Shown here one piece after another: positions 1 to 13,217 of a DNA stretch of 64,000 nt. The translations under genes and the position numbers were made by a program. Numbering within the stretch: the stretch's first letter is position 1; the number at the start of each line of letters is the position of its first letter. A model generated the notes under the pieces. The model saw only the letters and a program-made list of their open reading frames with translations, searched no databases and was not told the DNA's origin. This DNA comes from Macrostomum hystrix (Eukaryota; Animalia; Platyhelminthes), in contig CATNEN010000038.1 of the NCBI GenBank assembly GCA_950097015.1, positions 19,592,001 to 19,656,000 on the forward strand, given 5' to 3'.

Positions 1-1066
1 CCCACTGCCTAATCTGCCTCTATCCCATTGCCTAATCTGCCTCTATCCCATTGCCTAATCTGCCCCTATCCCATTGCCTAATCTGCCTCTATCCCATTGC
101 CTAATCTGCCTCTATCCCATTGCCTAATCTGCCCCTATCCCACTGCCTAATCTGCCTCTATCCCACTGCCTAATCTGCCTCTATCCCATTGCCTAATCTG
201 CCTCTATCCCACTGCCTAATCTGCCTCTATCCCACTGCCTAATCTGCCTCTATCCCACTGCCTTATCTGCCACTATCCCATTGCCTAATCTGCCTCTATC
301 CCACTGCCTAATCTGCCTCTATCCCATTGCCTAATCTGCCTCTATCCCACTGCCTAATCTGCCTCTATCCTACTGCCTAATATGGCTCTCTCCTACTGCC
401 TAATCTGCCTCTATCCCACTGCCTAATCTGCCTCTATCCCATTGCCTAATCTGCCTCTATCCCATTGCCTAATCTGCCCCTATCCCATTGCCTAATCTGC
501 CTCTATCCCATTGCCTAATCTGCCTCTATCCCATTGCCTAATCTGCCCCTATCCCACTGCCTAATCTGCCTCTATCCCACTGCCTAATCTGCCTCTATCC
601 CATTGCCTAATCTGCCTCTATCCCACTGCCTAATCTGCCTCTATCCCACTGCCTTATCTGCCACTATCCCATTGCCTAATCTGCCTCTATCCCACTGCCT
701 AATCTGCCTCTATCCCATTGCCTAATCTGCCTCTATCCCACTGCCTAATCTGCCTCTATCCCACTGCCTAATCTGCCTCTATCCCACTGCCTTATCTGCC
801 ACTATCCCATTGCCTAATCTGCCTCTATCCCATTGCCTAATCTGCCTCTATCCCATTGCCTAATCTGCCCCTATCCCACTGCCTAATCTGCCTCTATCCC
901 ACTGCCTAATCTGCCTCTATCCCATTGCCTAATCTGCCTCTATCCCATTGCCTAATCTGCCTCTATCCCACTGCCTAATCTGCCTCTATCCCATTGCCTA
1001 ATCTGCCTCTATCCCATTGCCTAATCTGCCCCTATCCCACTGCCTAATCTGCCTCTATCCCACTGC
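1..1066. repeat. 23-bp minisatellite (cccactgcctaatctgcctctat)n, intronic in MON2, runs off window start
   Basis: Direct tandem periodicity of 23 nt. Confidence 0.95.
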
Positions 1067-1490
1067 ATACATTATGCATTATTTTCTGATGACGTTATCT
1101 AGAAGTTCATATTTCTAGGAATCAATGCCAGTCAATGCACTGCCCTATTTATTTTATCTCATCGCTGCGAGTTGGCATTGATTATATTTTCGACTGTAGA
1201 TTCTAGCTTGAATCAAAAGTTAAAATATTGAACAGCTCACCTGCCTGTCTCATTTTCTACTTTTACAGTCTATAATATTTTTTTCGCTAATGAAACGTTA
1301 GTCAATAGCTGTAAACTTAAAACAATACTAAATAATCAGAATTACGAATCGGATATTTGTCCTCCTCATCCTTCCAGATCCCTAGCTTTGGTCTATAGTC
1401 TTCTCACATTCCCAGTTTTTTGTCTATAATCCTCCCCATCCCTAGTTTTACTCATCTAAAATCTTCTCAAATCCCTTTTTTCGGTATGTA

Positions 1491-1643
1491 TTCTTCCCAG
1501 ATTCCCAGTTTCTGTCTGTAATCCTCCCAGATCCCCAGTTTCTGTCTGTAATCCTCCCAGATCCCCAGTTTCTGTCTGTAATCCTCCCAGATCCCCAGTT
1601 TCTGTCTGTAATCCTCCCAGATCCCCAGTTTCTGTCTGTAATC
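1491..1643. repeat. 30-bp tandem repeat (atcctcccagatccccagtttctgtctgta) x~5
   Basis: Direct periodicity; degenerate copies extend back to ~1360. Confidence 0.9.
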
Positions 1644-1681
1644 TTTGTTATTAAGTAAGTTACCATTCGTTTTATCTTCAG

Positions 1682-2289
1682 TTCGCGACGGTTCCACTTC
1701 AAATCCGAATTTGATTTCAAACAACTCGAGCGTTTCCACCATCGCTGCGTCCGGCACGTCAGCACCAGCGTCGGCTGCAGCTCTGGGAGCTTCGTCTGGA
1801 TCGTCAGCTTCCCCAGCCGCGGCGGTAGCCGATCTGTCAGTCTCGAGTTCTTCGTCTACTTCGGCTCGCGAATTCAACCAAGTCGTGGTGGTGGGGCCAG
1901 CCTTGCCAACCCCAGGCCTAGCCGAATTGGGCAAAGTGCACCTGACGGCCAAGAACATGCAGTGCATGCGGGCTATACTCAGCGTGGCTCATTGTCAGGG
2001 ATCTATCCTAGGCACTGCCTGGCACCTGCTGCTCACCACTCTGCAGCATCTCACCTGGGTTCTCGGCCTCAAACCAGTCTCTGGCGGGGGTTTAGTCCAC
2101 GCCAAAGGCTCCGGCGAAGGCGGCACGGTAGTCACTACCGCCGTGGTGGCAGATCTTGCCGTTCTTTCCAGCATGCTCAGTCGGTTATTTGAGAGCTCCG
2201 AGTTTCTCGACGATGTCGCCCTGCATCATCTGATTTCGGCGCTCTGCAAGCTGTCCATGGAGGCCATGCAGCTGGCATCGGCTAATAAG
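1682..2289 (+). CDS. MON2: MON2 (Arf-GEF-like, Sec7/BIG family scaffold), internal exon A; gene starts upstream of window
   Basis: ttcAG acceptor 1680-81, GTgagc donor 2290; encodes [37 protein letters not shown]...[17 protein letters not shown], recognisable as MON2. Confidence 0.9.
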
Positions 2290-2359
2290 GTGAGCCTGCC
2301 TGAGCCTGCGGGATCACGAAATCCCACTTCCTACGTCTCAAATCTCACATCTAACATCC

Positions 2360-3185
2360 CAGGCTTCATATCCCAGATCCCATACGAAACATCTCAGATC
2401 CCCTACATCTCAGATCCCCTACATCTCAGATCCCAAATTCCAGATCCCAAATTTTAGATCTGGCTTCCAGATCCCAGGTCCAAGTTTCCCGAACCCACAT
2501 CTCAGATCCCACATCCTTAATCCCACAGCCCAGATCCCAGATCCCACATCCCAGATCCCACATCCTAGATCCCAGATCCCACATCCCAGATCTCAGATCC
2601 CACATCCCACATCCCACATCCCAGATCCCACATCCCAGATCCCACGTCTCAGATCCCACATCCTAGATCCCAGATCCCACGTCTCAGATCCTAGGTCCAA
2701 GTTTCCCGAACCCACATCCCGGATCCCACATCCCAGATCCCAGATCCCACATCGCGGATCCCACATCCCAGATCCCACATCCCACATCCCACATCCCAGA
2801 TCCCACATCCCAAATCCCAGATCCCACATCCTAGATCCCAGATCCCACGTCTCAGATCCTAGGTCCAAGTTTCCCGAACCCACATCCCGGATTCCACATC
2901 CCAGATCCCAGATCCCACATCCCGGATCCCACATCCCAGATCCCACATCCCACATCCCACATCTCAGATCCCACATCCCAGATCCCACATCCCACATCCC
3001 AGATCCCACATCCCAGATCCCGCATCCCAGATCCCAGATCCCACGTCTCAGATCCTAGGTCCAAGTTTCCAGAACCCACATCCCGGATCCCACATCCCAG
3101 ATCCCACATCCCACATCCCAGATCCTACATCCCAGATCCCACATCCTAGATCCCACATCCAGATCCCACATCCCAAATCCCAAAT
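2360..3185. repeat. 7-bp-based satellite (cccacat/cccagat) with higher-order units
   Basis: Direct periodicity. Confidence 0.9.
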
Positions 3186-3982
3186 CTGAGCTTCTGCACC
3201 CCTAATCCTATTGATACCTAGCAAACTGTTGGTCGGTTTTTTGAGTGCGATTTCGTTAATCCTTCAGTGTCTGCTCGTAGATCAATATAATCCAGAATTG
3301 AGTATCTGTCTTAAAATCCTCAAAATTTTTACCATCACGAATCCCCGATTCTTTAGATATTCAGGTGTGGAAATTTTTAGAAGCAGAAAGATACGTCGCT
3401 TCTGAAATCCTTTTATTGCGAGTTAATAGACTATTCGGTACTCTAATAAATTCTAGAAAAAATCACTTTACAATCCCTAGAGATTTAATGTATACTCGAT
3501 TTATAATCGTTTAACATTTTTAGCTATTCATTTTTTCTCCCTACAATGTCTTCATCCTTGCTGCAGCTGATTGAAATCTTACTAGCCATTTTTTTTAATT
3601 AATTCATTTTTCCTTTGAATTGACTTTTATCACAATTTACTGCAGCAAATTTCCAGTAAATTGCTTTCACGCCTGCGCCCGAATTCGTCATTTTGAATTG
3701 AATATTTCTAAACGGCAGTTAGGAGTTGAAAATTGTCATTTTTTAGGATCTATCAATTGTTTTTCAAGTCATTCACTTGCTTTACTAGGGATGCTCAGAT
3801 GTTCATGTAATGTAAAAAACATCTACACAGTAAAAAACATTCCCTTATTTGCAAAAAATAGCTGCAATCAGATCAACTCTATAGATATATATCACAAGTA
3901 GAATCGATGGTTTTCTGTTTTTTATTCTAAGCAGTTAATATTTACATCCTATTAGTTGGTTTTTCAGATCCTTTAAGCTCTT

Positions 3983-4495
3983 GTTATCCCAAATCAAGTT
4001 ATCCCAAATCCAGTTATATCAAATCAAGTTATCCCAAATCCAGTTATCCCTATTTCAGTTATCCCAAATCCAGTTATCCCAAATCCAGTTACCCCTATTT
4101 CAATTATCCCATATCCAGTTATCCCAAATCCAGTTATCCCAAATCCAGTTATCCCATATCAAGTTATCCCAAATGCAGTTATGGCAAATCCAATTTGGGA
4201 TAATCCTGTTATCCCAAATCCAGTTATCCCAAATCAAGTTACCCCTATTTCAGTTATCCCAAATCCAGTTATCCCAAATCAAGTTACCCCTATTTCAATT
4301 ATCCCAAATCCAGTTATCCCAAATCCAGTTATCCCAAATCCAGTTATCCCAAATCCAGTTATCCCAAATCAAGTTACCCTATTTCAGCTATCCCAAATCC
4401 AGTTATCCCAAATCCAGTTATCCCAAATCAAGTTATCCCAAATCCAGTTATCCCATATCAAGTTATCCCAAATCCAGTTATTCCCAATCTAGTTA
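3983..4495. repeat. 15-bp minisatellite (ttatcccaaatccag)n
   Basis: Direct periodicity; explains QLSQI ORF. Confidence 0.9.
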
Positions 4496-4974
4496 TCTCA
4501 AATTAATCATCCCATATCTATTGGTTCAAAATATGAGCTATACAAAATTAAACTTTCCTTTTCCGATGTGTAAAAAAATAAATAGAATAAATATTATCGA
4601 GTTTTCCAATATCCAGTTATGAAAAACGAGAATTGTCCAAATGAGCTTGACGTGTGTATTTTCTATATTCTGTCCTCAAAACTGAATGTGGTCAAATTTC
4701 TATTTTCTATCACCTCGGTTCGCTAAGCAGTTGGTCAAAATATTATTCTCATTCTTTTATATTATTGCCAATTTATATATTTATACATTATTATATTTTG
4801 CTTTTCTTGCCAAATTCTAGGATTACATTTGTTTTCTAAGGAGTCTGCGACTTAATGACAGTCTAAAGGATACCTGACCTTATGTGTATCAAAATATGAA
4901 AAATCTCTTTACAAAGGCGATTTAACCTTTCCAGATAGGTGCCTGAAAAGAACAGGTAGCATAAACTAAAGAAA

Positions 4975-5520
4975 GTAGATAGATAAAGACACTGCAGGTA
5001 GATAGAAAAGATGCTGCAGGTAGATAGATAAGACACTACAGGTAGATAGATAAGACACTGCAGGTAGATAGGTAAGACACTGCAGGTAGATAGATAAGAC
5101 ACTGCAGGTAGATAGATAAGACACTGCAGGTAGATAGATAAGACACTGCAGGTAGATAGATAAGACACTGCAGGTTGATAGATAAGACACTGCAGGTAGA
5201 TAGAAAAGACACTGCAGGTAGATAGAAAAGACACTGCAGGTAGATAGATAAGACACTGCAGGTAGAAAGATAAGACACTGCAGGTAGATAGATATGACAC
5301 TGCAGGTAGATAGATAAGACACTGCAGGTAGATAGATAAGACACTGCAGGTAGATAGATAAGACACTGCAGGTAGATAGATAAGACACTGCAGGTAGATA
5401 GAAAAGACACTGCAGGTAGATAGATTAGACACTACAGGTAGATAGATAAGACACTGCAGGTAGATAGATAGATTAGACACTACGGGTAGATAGATTAGAT
5501 AGGTAGATAGATAGGTAGAT
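4975..5520. repeat. 22-bp minisatellite (agacactgcaggtagatagata)n
   Basis: Direct periodicity. Confidence 0.9.
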
Positions 5521-5879
5521 GTAAATATATGGAAAATAAACCACAGGTTAATAACTTAGATAGATAAGAGAGGCAGATATGTGGCAGATGGAGGGTATAA
5601 TTTATTTTTACGTGACTTGTCACAATTTCGTTTTTCGTCTTGTTTATAGGCTGTACGATCATTGCAAAATTGAAGGGTTGAGTAAATATTAAGCATGCAT
5701 CCGTTTTTCTGAATTTTGTAAAAAAAATTTTACATGCTTTTATAAGTATCACCAACATCTTCAAGTGATCTTTAAAGATCTTCTATTTTTGATTATCCTT
5801 TTTCAAGAAAATGTTCTCTAGAAAGATATTTGAGCACTTTTTTTCCATATTATCCACGTGCTCACACCGACACTGGCAG

Positions 5880-5981
5880 GAGCCGTCCCTGTTCGCTGTG
5901 GCCAAACTGCAAGAGACCGGCCTTGTAAATCTCAAGCGCATGGAGGTATTGTGGAAACCCGTTACACATCATCTGCTAGAG
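5880..5981 (+). CDS. MON2: MON2 exon B
   Basis: cAG 5878-79, GTgag 5982; [34 protein letters not shown] continues exon A in phase 0 and matches MON2 [17 protein letters not shown]. Confidence 0.93.
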
Positions 5982-6184
5982 GTGAGTTCGAGCTTTCAGT
6001 GTTTTTTATAATTTAATTCTTTACTAGCTAGTGTATTTCTCACATGTACAGCCGCTCCCGCTAGATCTATAAGAGACTACAGGTAGCTAGATCGGTCATA
6101 AAATGTAAGTAGATTGGTAAGAGACTGGGCTGCTAGATAGATTACAGATTGCAGCTAGATTGGGCAGTGATGGAATATACGATT

Positions 6185-7230
6185 TCAGAGACTGCAGGTA
6201 GATTAGGTCAGAGAGGGCAGGTATATTAGGTCAGATATGAGAGGTAGGTCAGAGACGGCAGGTAGATTAGGTCAGATATGAGAGGTAGGTCAGAGACGGC
6301 AGGTAGATTAGGTCAGATATGAGAGGTAGGTCAAAGACGGGCAGGTAGATTAGGTCATAGACGGGCAGGTAGATTAGGTCATTGACGGGCAGGTAGATTA
6401 GGTCATAGACGGGCAGGTAGATTAGGTCATAGACGGGCAGGTAGATTAGGTCAAAGACGGGCATATAGATTAGGTCATAGACGGGCAGGTAGATTAGGTC
6501 ATAGACGGGCAGGTAGATTAGGTCATAGACGGGCAGGTAGATTAGGTCATAGACGGGCAGGTAGATTAGGTCATAGACGGGGAGGTAGAATATGTCAGAG
6601 GCGGGCAGGTAGATTAGGTCAGATATGAGAAGTAGGTCAGAGACGGCAGGTAGATTAGGTCAGATATGAGAGGTAGGTCAAAGACGGGCAGATAGATTAG
6701 GTCATAGACGGGCAGGTAGATTAGGTCATAGACGGGCAGGTAGATTAGGTCATAGACGGGCAGGTAGATTAGGTCATTGACGGGCAGGTAGATTAGGTCA
6801 TAGACGGGCAGGTAGATTAGGTCATAGACGGGCAGGTAGATAAGGTCATAGACGGGCAGGTAGATTAGGTCATAGACGGGGAGGTAGAATATGTCAGAGG
6901 CGGGCAGGTAGATTAGGTCAGATATGAGAAGTAGGTCAGAGACGGCAGGTAGATTAGGTCAGATATGAGAGGTAGGTCAAAGACGGGCAGATAGATTAGG
7001 TCATAGACGGGCAGGTAGATTAGGTCATAGACGGGCAGGTAGATTAGGTCATAGACGGGCAGGTAGATTAGGTCATAGACGGGCAGGTAGATTAGGTCAT
7101 AGACGGGGAGGTAGAATATGTCAGAGGCGGGCAGGTAGATTAGGTCATAGATGGGCAGGTAGATTAGGTCATAGACAGGCAGGTAGATTAGGTCAGATAT
7201 GAGAAGTAGGTCAGAGACGGCAGGTAGATA
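6185..7230. repeat. 24-bp minisatellite (gacgggcaggtagattaggtcata)n
   Basis: Direct periodicity. Confidence 0.9.
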
Positions 7231-7584
7231 ATTGGAAATAGAGCGGGTACAGTATGAGTGACAACCCAAAATTGCTAAAAGCCATGTTTGAATACAACAA
7301 TATGCATAATGCAAAAAGCAACTAGAAAGTAATTGATTGATGGCTTGTTCTCAGTCTGCTTTAGCTGACGTGTCTGCAAACTTGCAGCCTCTTTATCCTC
7401 AATTCTCAATTGGCAATTAAAAGTTTGGAGAAAACTAAATGGCTTAGCAAACACGTCTCTGAGACAGAATTTGTTTTGTTTGACGCACGCTAATGCTGGG
7501 CCCAGTATTGGTATATGATGTCCTCAGACATGGTCCTAATGCTGACCTAAATTTGCTGTTTTGCTATATCAATCTGCTCACAAA

Positions 7585-8910
7585 TTTGGCAGTGGAGAGT
7601 GACATTTGGCAGTAGAGAGTGACATTAAGCTGTGGAGAGTGACATTCGGCAGTGGAGAGTGACATTTGGCAGTGGAGAGTGACATTCGGCAGTGGAGAGT
7701 GACATTCGGCAGTGGAGAGTGACATTCGGCAGTGGAGAGTGACATTTGGCTATGTGGAGAGTGACATTTGGCAGTGGAGAGTGATATTTGGCAGTGGAGA
7801 GTGACATTCGGCAGTGGAGAGTGACATTTGGCAGTGGAGAGTGACATTCGGCAGTGGAGAGTGACATTTGGCAGTGGAGAGTGACATTCGGCAGTGGAGA
7901 GTGACATTCGGCAGTGGAGAGTGACATTTGGCTATGTGGAGAGTGACATTTGGCAGTGGAGAGTGACATTCGGCAGTGGAGAGTGACATTTGGCAGTGGA
8001 GAGTGACATTTGGCATTGGAGAGTGACATTTGGCAGTGGAGAGTGACATTTGGCATTGGAGAGTGACATTTGGCAGTGGAGAGTGACATTCGGCTGTGGA
8101 GAGTGACATTTGGCAGTGGAGAGTGACATTTGGCAGTGGAGAGTGACATTCGGCAGTGGAGAGTGACGTTCGGCAGTGGAGAGTGACATTTGGCAGTGGA
8201 GAGTGACATTCGGCAGTGGAGAGTGACATTCGGCAGTGGAGAGTGACATTTGGCTATGTGGAGAGTGACATTTGGCAGTGGAGAGTGACATTCGGCAGTG
8301 GAGAGTGACATTTGGCAGTGGAGAGTGACATTTGGCATTGGAGAGTGACATTTGGCAGTGGAGAGTGACATTTGGCATTGGAGAGTGACATTTGGCAGTG
8401 GAGAGTGACATTCGGCTGTGGAGAGTGACATTTGGCAGTGGAGAGTGACATTTGGCAGTGGAGAGTGACATTCGGCAGTGGAGAGTGACGTTCGGCAGTG
8501 GAGAGTGACATTTGGCAGTGGAGAGTGACGTTCGGCAGTGGAGAGTGACGTTCGGCAGTGGAGAGTGACATTTGGCAGTGGAGAGTGACATTTGGCATTG
8601 GAGAGTGACATTTGGCAGTGGAGAGTGACATTTGGCATTGGAGAGTGACATTTGGCAGTGGAGAGTGACATTCGGCTGTGGAGAGTGACATTTGGCAGTG
8701 GAGAGTGACATTTGGCAGTGGAGAGTGACATTCGGCAGTGGAGAGTGACGTTCGGCAGTGGAGAGTGACATTTGGCAGTGGAGAGTGACGTTCGGCAGTG
8801 GAGAGTGACGTTCGGCAGTGGAGAGTGACATTTGGCAGTGGAGAGTGACGTTCGGCAGTGGAGAGTGACGTTCGGCAGTGGAGAGTGACATTTAACAGTT
8901 AAGAGTGACA
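7585..8910. repeat. 20-bp minisatellite (ggcagtggagagtgacattY)n
   Basis: Direct periodicity; source of the 428-aa spurious ORF. Confidence 0.95.
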
Positions 8911-9394
8911 TCAGAAAACAGAAAAAAGTGACAAATTAGAATTAATTTCAAATCAAATTTCTCTCTTGCTTTCGTCTGGTATTTTCGACATAAAGCTGGT
9001 AATCCACTTCGATAAAAAATTTCCGCGAAAATTGTTTGAAGAAGCCTGAATCCGTCTCCTTGGACTTACCTTAATTAGCATCGACCTATTCGGTCCAGAT
9101 TCTGGCTTCTGGCACAAAACGTCAGCTAGATTCGAGTCAGAAAGAGGTTAATTGAATTAAAACTGGCGGTTCAATTGCTCTGTAAATACAAACACAAGCT
9201 TTCTGAGTTTGTTTGAGTTTTTTTAATTGCCACCGACAACCCTTGTTCTCCGCTTTCAGTGTCATTAACTTACCAAACTATGTCCATCCGTTTGCTTCTT
9301 TCTCTTTTAAGTATTTTGGGCGTCTGTTTCTTTCCTGCCGTTTGTTAAATAAATGCCTTTTTAGGCTAATGCTCAGGCCTTCTATACAGTGGCT

Positions 9395-11110
9395 TCCCCA
9401 GTGTCTTTTCCCACTGTCTCTTCCCCCACTGTCTCCTCCCACTGTCTCTCCCCCAGTGTCTTTTCCCACTGTCTCCTCCCCAGTGTCTTTTCCCACTGTC
9501 TCCTCCCCAGTGTCTTTTCCCACTGTCTCCTCCCCCAGTGTCTTTTCCCACTGTCTCTCCCCCAGTGTCTTTTCCCACTGTCTCCTCCCCAGTGTCTTTT
9601 CCCACTGTCTCCTCCCCAGTGTCTTTTCCCACTGTCTCTCCCCCAGTGTCTTTTCCCACTGTCTCTCCCCCAGTGTCTTTTCCCACTGTCTCCTCCCCAG
9701 TGTCTTTTCCCACTGTCTCCTCCCCAGTGTCTTTTCCCACTGTCTCCTCCCCAGTGTCTTCCCCCACTGTCTCCTCCCCAGTGTATTTTCCCACTGTCTC
9801 CTCCCCAGTGTCTTTTTCCACTGTCTCCTCCCCAGTGTCTTTTTCCCACTGTCTCCTTCCCAGTGTCTTTTCCCACTGTCTCCTCCCCAGTGTCTTTTCC
9901 CACTGTCTCCTCCCCAGTGTCTTTTCCCACTGTCTCCTCCCCAGTGTCTTTTCCCACTGTCTCCTCCCCAGTGTCTTTTCCCACTGTCTCCTCCCCAGTG
10001 TCTTTTTCCCACTGTCTCCTCCCCAGTGTCTTTTCCCACTGTCTCCTCCCCAGTGTCTTTTTCCCACTGTCTCCTCTCCTCCCCAGTGTCTTTTCCCACT
10101 GTCTTTTCCCCAGTGTCTCTTCCCCACTGTCTCTTCCCCTCTGTCTCTTCCCCACTGTCACTTCCCCAGTGTCTTTTTCCCACTGTCTCTCTCCCACTGT
10201 CTCTTCCCCACTGTCACTTCCCCAGTGTCTCTCTCCCACTGTCTCTTCCCCACTGTCACTTCCCCAGTGTCTTTTTCCCACTGTCTCTTCCCCACTGTCT
10301 CTTCCCCACTGTCTCTTCCCCACTGTCTCTTCCCCACTGTCTCTTCTCCACTGTCTCTTCCCCAGTGTCTCTCCCCCACTGTCTCTTCCCCACTTTCTCT
10401 CCCCCACTTTCTCTCCCCCACTGTCTCTTTCCCAGTGTCTTTTTCCCACTGTCTCTTCCCCACTGTCACTTCCTCAGTGTCTTTTCCCCACTGTCTCTCC
10501 CCCACTGTCTCTTCCCCACTTTCTCTTCCCCACTGTCTCTTCCCCACTGTCTCTTCCCCACTTTCTCTCCCCCACTGTCTCTTCCCCAGTGTCTTTTTTC
10601 CACTATCTCTTCCCCACTGTCTCTCCCCCACTGTCTCTTCCCCACTTTCTCTCCCCCACTGTCTCTTCCCCAGTGTCTTTTTCCCACTATCTCTTCCCCA
10701 CTGTCTCTTCCTCAGTTTCTTTTCTCACTGTCTTTTCCCCACTGTCTCTTCCCCACTATCTCTTCCCCACTGTCTCTTCCCCACTGTCTCTCCCCACTGT
10801 CTCTTCCCCACTGTCTCTTCCCACTGTCTCTTCCCCACTGTCTTTTCCCCACTATCTCTTCCCCACTATCTCTTCCCCACTGTCTCTTCCCCACTGTCTC
10901 TCCCCACTGTCTCTTCCCCACTGTCTCTCCCCACTGTCTCTTCCCCACTGTCTTTTCCCCACTATCTCTTCCCCACTGTCTCTCCCCCACTGGCTCTTCC
11001 CCACTTTCTCTCCCCTAATGTCTCTTCCCCAGTGTCTTTTTCCCACTGTCTCTTCCCCACTGTCTCTTCCTCAGTTTCTTTTCCCACTGTCTCTTCCCCA
11101 GTGTCTTTTC
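9395..11110. repeat. Pyrimidine-rich minisatellite (cccagtgtcttttcccactgtctcct-like, 14-28 bp units)
   Basis: Direct periodicity; source of the 550-620 aa spurious ORFs. Confidence 0.95.
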
Positions 11111-11443
11111 TTAGTGAATTTTCTCCCAGTATATCCACCCAGTTCAATGTCTTCCCCAGTATGTCCACCCGCGTTGAATCTCAGATTTTTTAAGCCTAAC
11201 TTTGCTTCATCAACAGAACAAACAGGCAATTACAATTTTATCTAGGTCGTAAATTATATTTTTACCAAATGCGCGATAGGGCTTTTATTAAATAATTTAG
11301 CCTGCACCAACCAACTTTGTCCTGTCTGGTGCCGTGCCAGTTGCAAAAAATAGTTTTTATTCAGCGCCCCTGTCATTCAGCTGCTGCCATATTTATTAGA
11401 TTCCACTCCCACAGCGCCCTAATTAACTAACCGGTCAGGTAAA

Positions 11444-11446
<3 letters not shown>

Positions 11447-11484
<38 letters not shown>
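11447..11484. repeat. (CA)n microsatellite
   Basis: Direct. Confidence 0.95.
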
Positions 11485-11486
<2 letters not shown>

Positions 11487-12041
11487 TCTATCTATAAGTT
11501 TTGGCCCAACCGATTGCAGCCATAAACATTTCCTGATTTCCCTGTCTGTCCTCTCGACCTCCCAACGATTGATGGCTTATGTTTCTAATGGATGGGGTAT
11601 AATGTAGGGAAAAGTACACTTTTAACCTATGGGACTCCCATCTCTCTTTCTGTCTTTCTCTACTCTCTTTACCCTTTCTCATCCGCCTCAAAGATTTTTC
11701 CGGCCTCAATTTGCTTCAAAGCTACCAACCCCCCTCCTCCGCTCTCCGCTATCAATCTGCGAATTTCCTATTAGTTTCGACTTATTTTCTGGACCTTTTG
11801 GCCTCCCTAACTTAGTTCGTCTTTTTTTCTACGCGGTTCGGTTATTTTTTCTGCTATTGGCATCTACCCGCCTCTCTGACTCTCTCTTTTTGTCTGAGTA
11901 TGAGATATTGACTGAGTATAGGATCCACTAAGTTGTGAGCCTGGAATTACTTAAGTTAAACCTTTCCCGTCATTTCATTCTCAGTACATATAGTCCCAAT
12001 AGTTAAATTAAAGCATTTCTATCGACTGTTTCATTTTAAAT

Positions 12042-12924
12042 CAGGGGTCGGCAAACTCCGGCCCGCGGGCCAGATGCGGCCCTCGAAGCTCCCAAATCCG
12101 GCCCGTTGCCCCTTCTAACATCTGCAGTGTCCTGTTTCATCTATCTCGTGTCTAATCTCTCCCGTGTCTAATCTCTCCCGTGTCTCATCTCTCCCGTGTC
12201 TCATCTCTCCCGTGTCTAATCTCTCCCGTGTCTCATCTCTCCCGTGTCTAATCTCTCCCGTGTCTCATCTCTCCCGTGTCTAATCTCTTCCATGTCTCAT
12301 CTCTTCCGTGTCTAATCTCTTCCGTGTCTAATCTCTCCCGTGTCTAATCTCTTCCATGTCTCATCTCTTCCGTGTCTAATCTCTTCCGTGTCTAATCTCT
12401 CCCGTGTCTAATCTCTCCCGTGTCTAATCTCTCCCGTGTCTCATCTCTCCCGTGTCTTATCTCTTCCATGTCTCATCTCTTCCGTGTCTAATCTCTTCCG
12501 TGTCTAATCTCTCCCGTGTCTAATCTCTCCCGTGTCTAATCTCTCCCGTGTCTCATCTCTCCCGTGTCTAATCTCTTCCGTGTCTAATCTCTTCCGTGTC
12601 TAATCTCTCCCGTGTCTAATCTCTCCCGTGTCTAATCTCTCCCGTGTCTTATCTCTCCCGTGTCTAATCTCTCCCCTGTCTAATCTCTCCCGTGTCTCAT
12701 ATCTCCCGTGTCTAATCTCTTCCGTGTCTAATCTCTCCCGTGTCTAATCTCTCCCCTGTCTTATCTCTCCCGTGTCTCATCTCTCTCGTGTCCCATCTTT
12801 CCCGTGTCTCATCTCTCCCGTGTCTCATCTCTCCCCTATCTCATAATTTTTACAGTCAATGCAGCCCGTTGTCGTCTTTAAGTTCTCTCTTTGGCCCGCC
12901 AGCAAATAAGTTTGCCTACCCCTG
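12042..12924. mobile_element. Non-autonomous hAT (Charlie/Buster-like) element with internal 17-bp minisatellite
   Basis: TIRs caggggtcggcaaact / agtttgcctacccctg; perfect 8-bp TSD ttttaaat at 12034-41 and 12925-32; subterminal ggcccg motifs. Confidence 0.9.
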
Positions 12925-13217
12925 TTTTAAATGAATCAAGAGTGGGTAAAGCAGAGGCTTGAAATTTTCAGACTGTGGTTAAATAAATTATTTTTTTCTT
13001 TATTGAACAATACAACACGCATGCCTCTAGATCTTCGATAAACATTTACGAAAAAATCTACGTAGAGGCGATATAAAAGCGATTTAATCGGGTTATAAAG
13101 TAATTGTTTGTTCAGCCAGGTATGTTGTCAAAGTTTCTAATTATTTAGCTCACGAGCTTTAGACAACACTTGCAATGAAAGCTACGGTACAGAGTTAAAA
13201 CAAACTATTTATTTATT

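Noticed and set aside
7578-11245. Long ORFs of 300-620 aa on both strands
   Set aside because: Translations of stop-free minisatellites, open in several frames, inside a MON2 intron.
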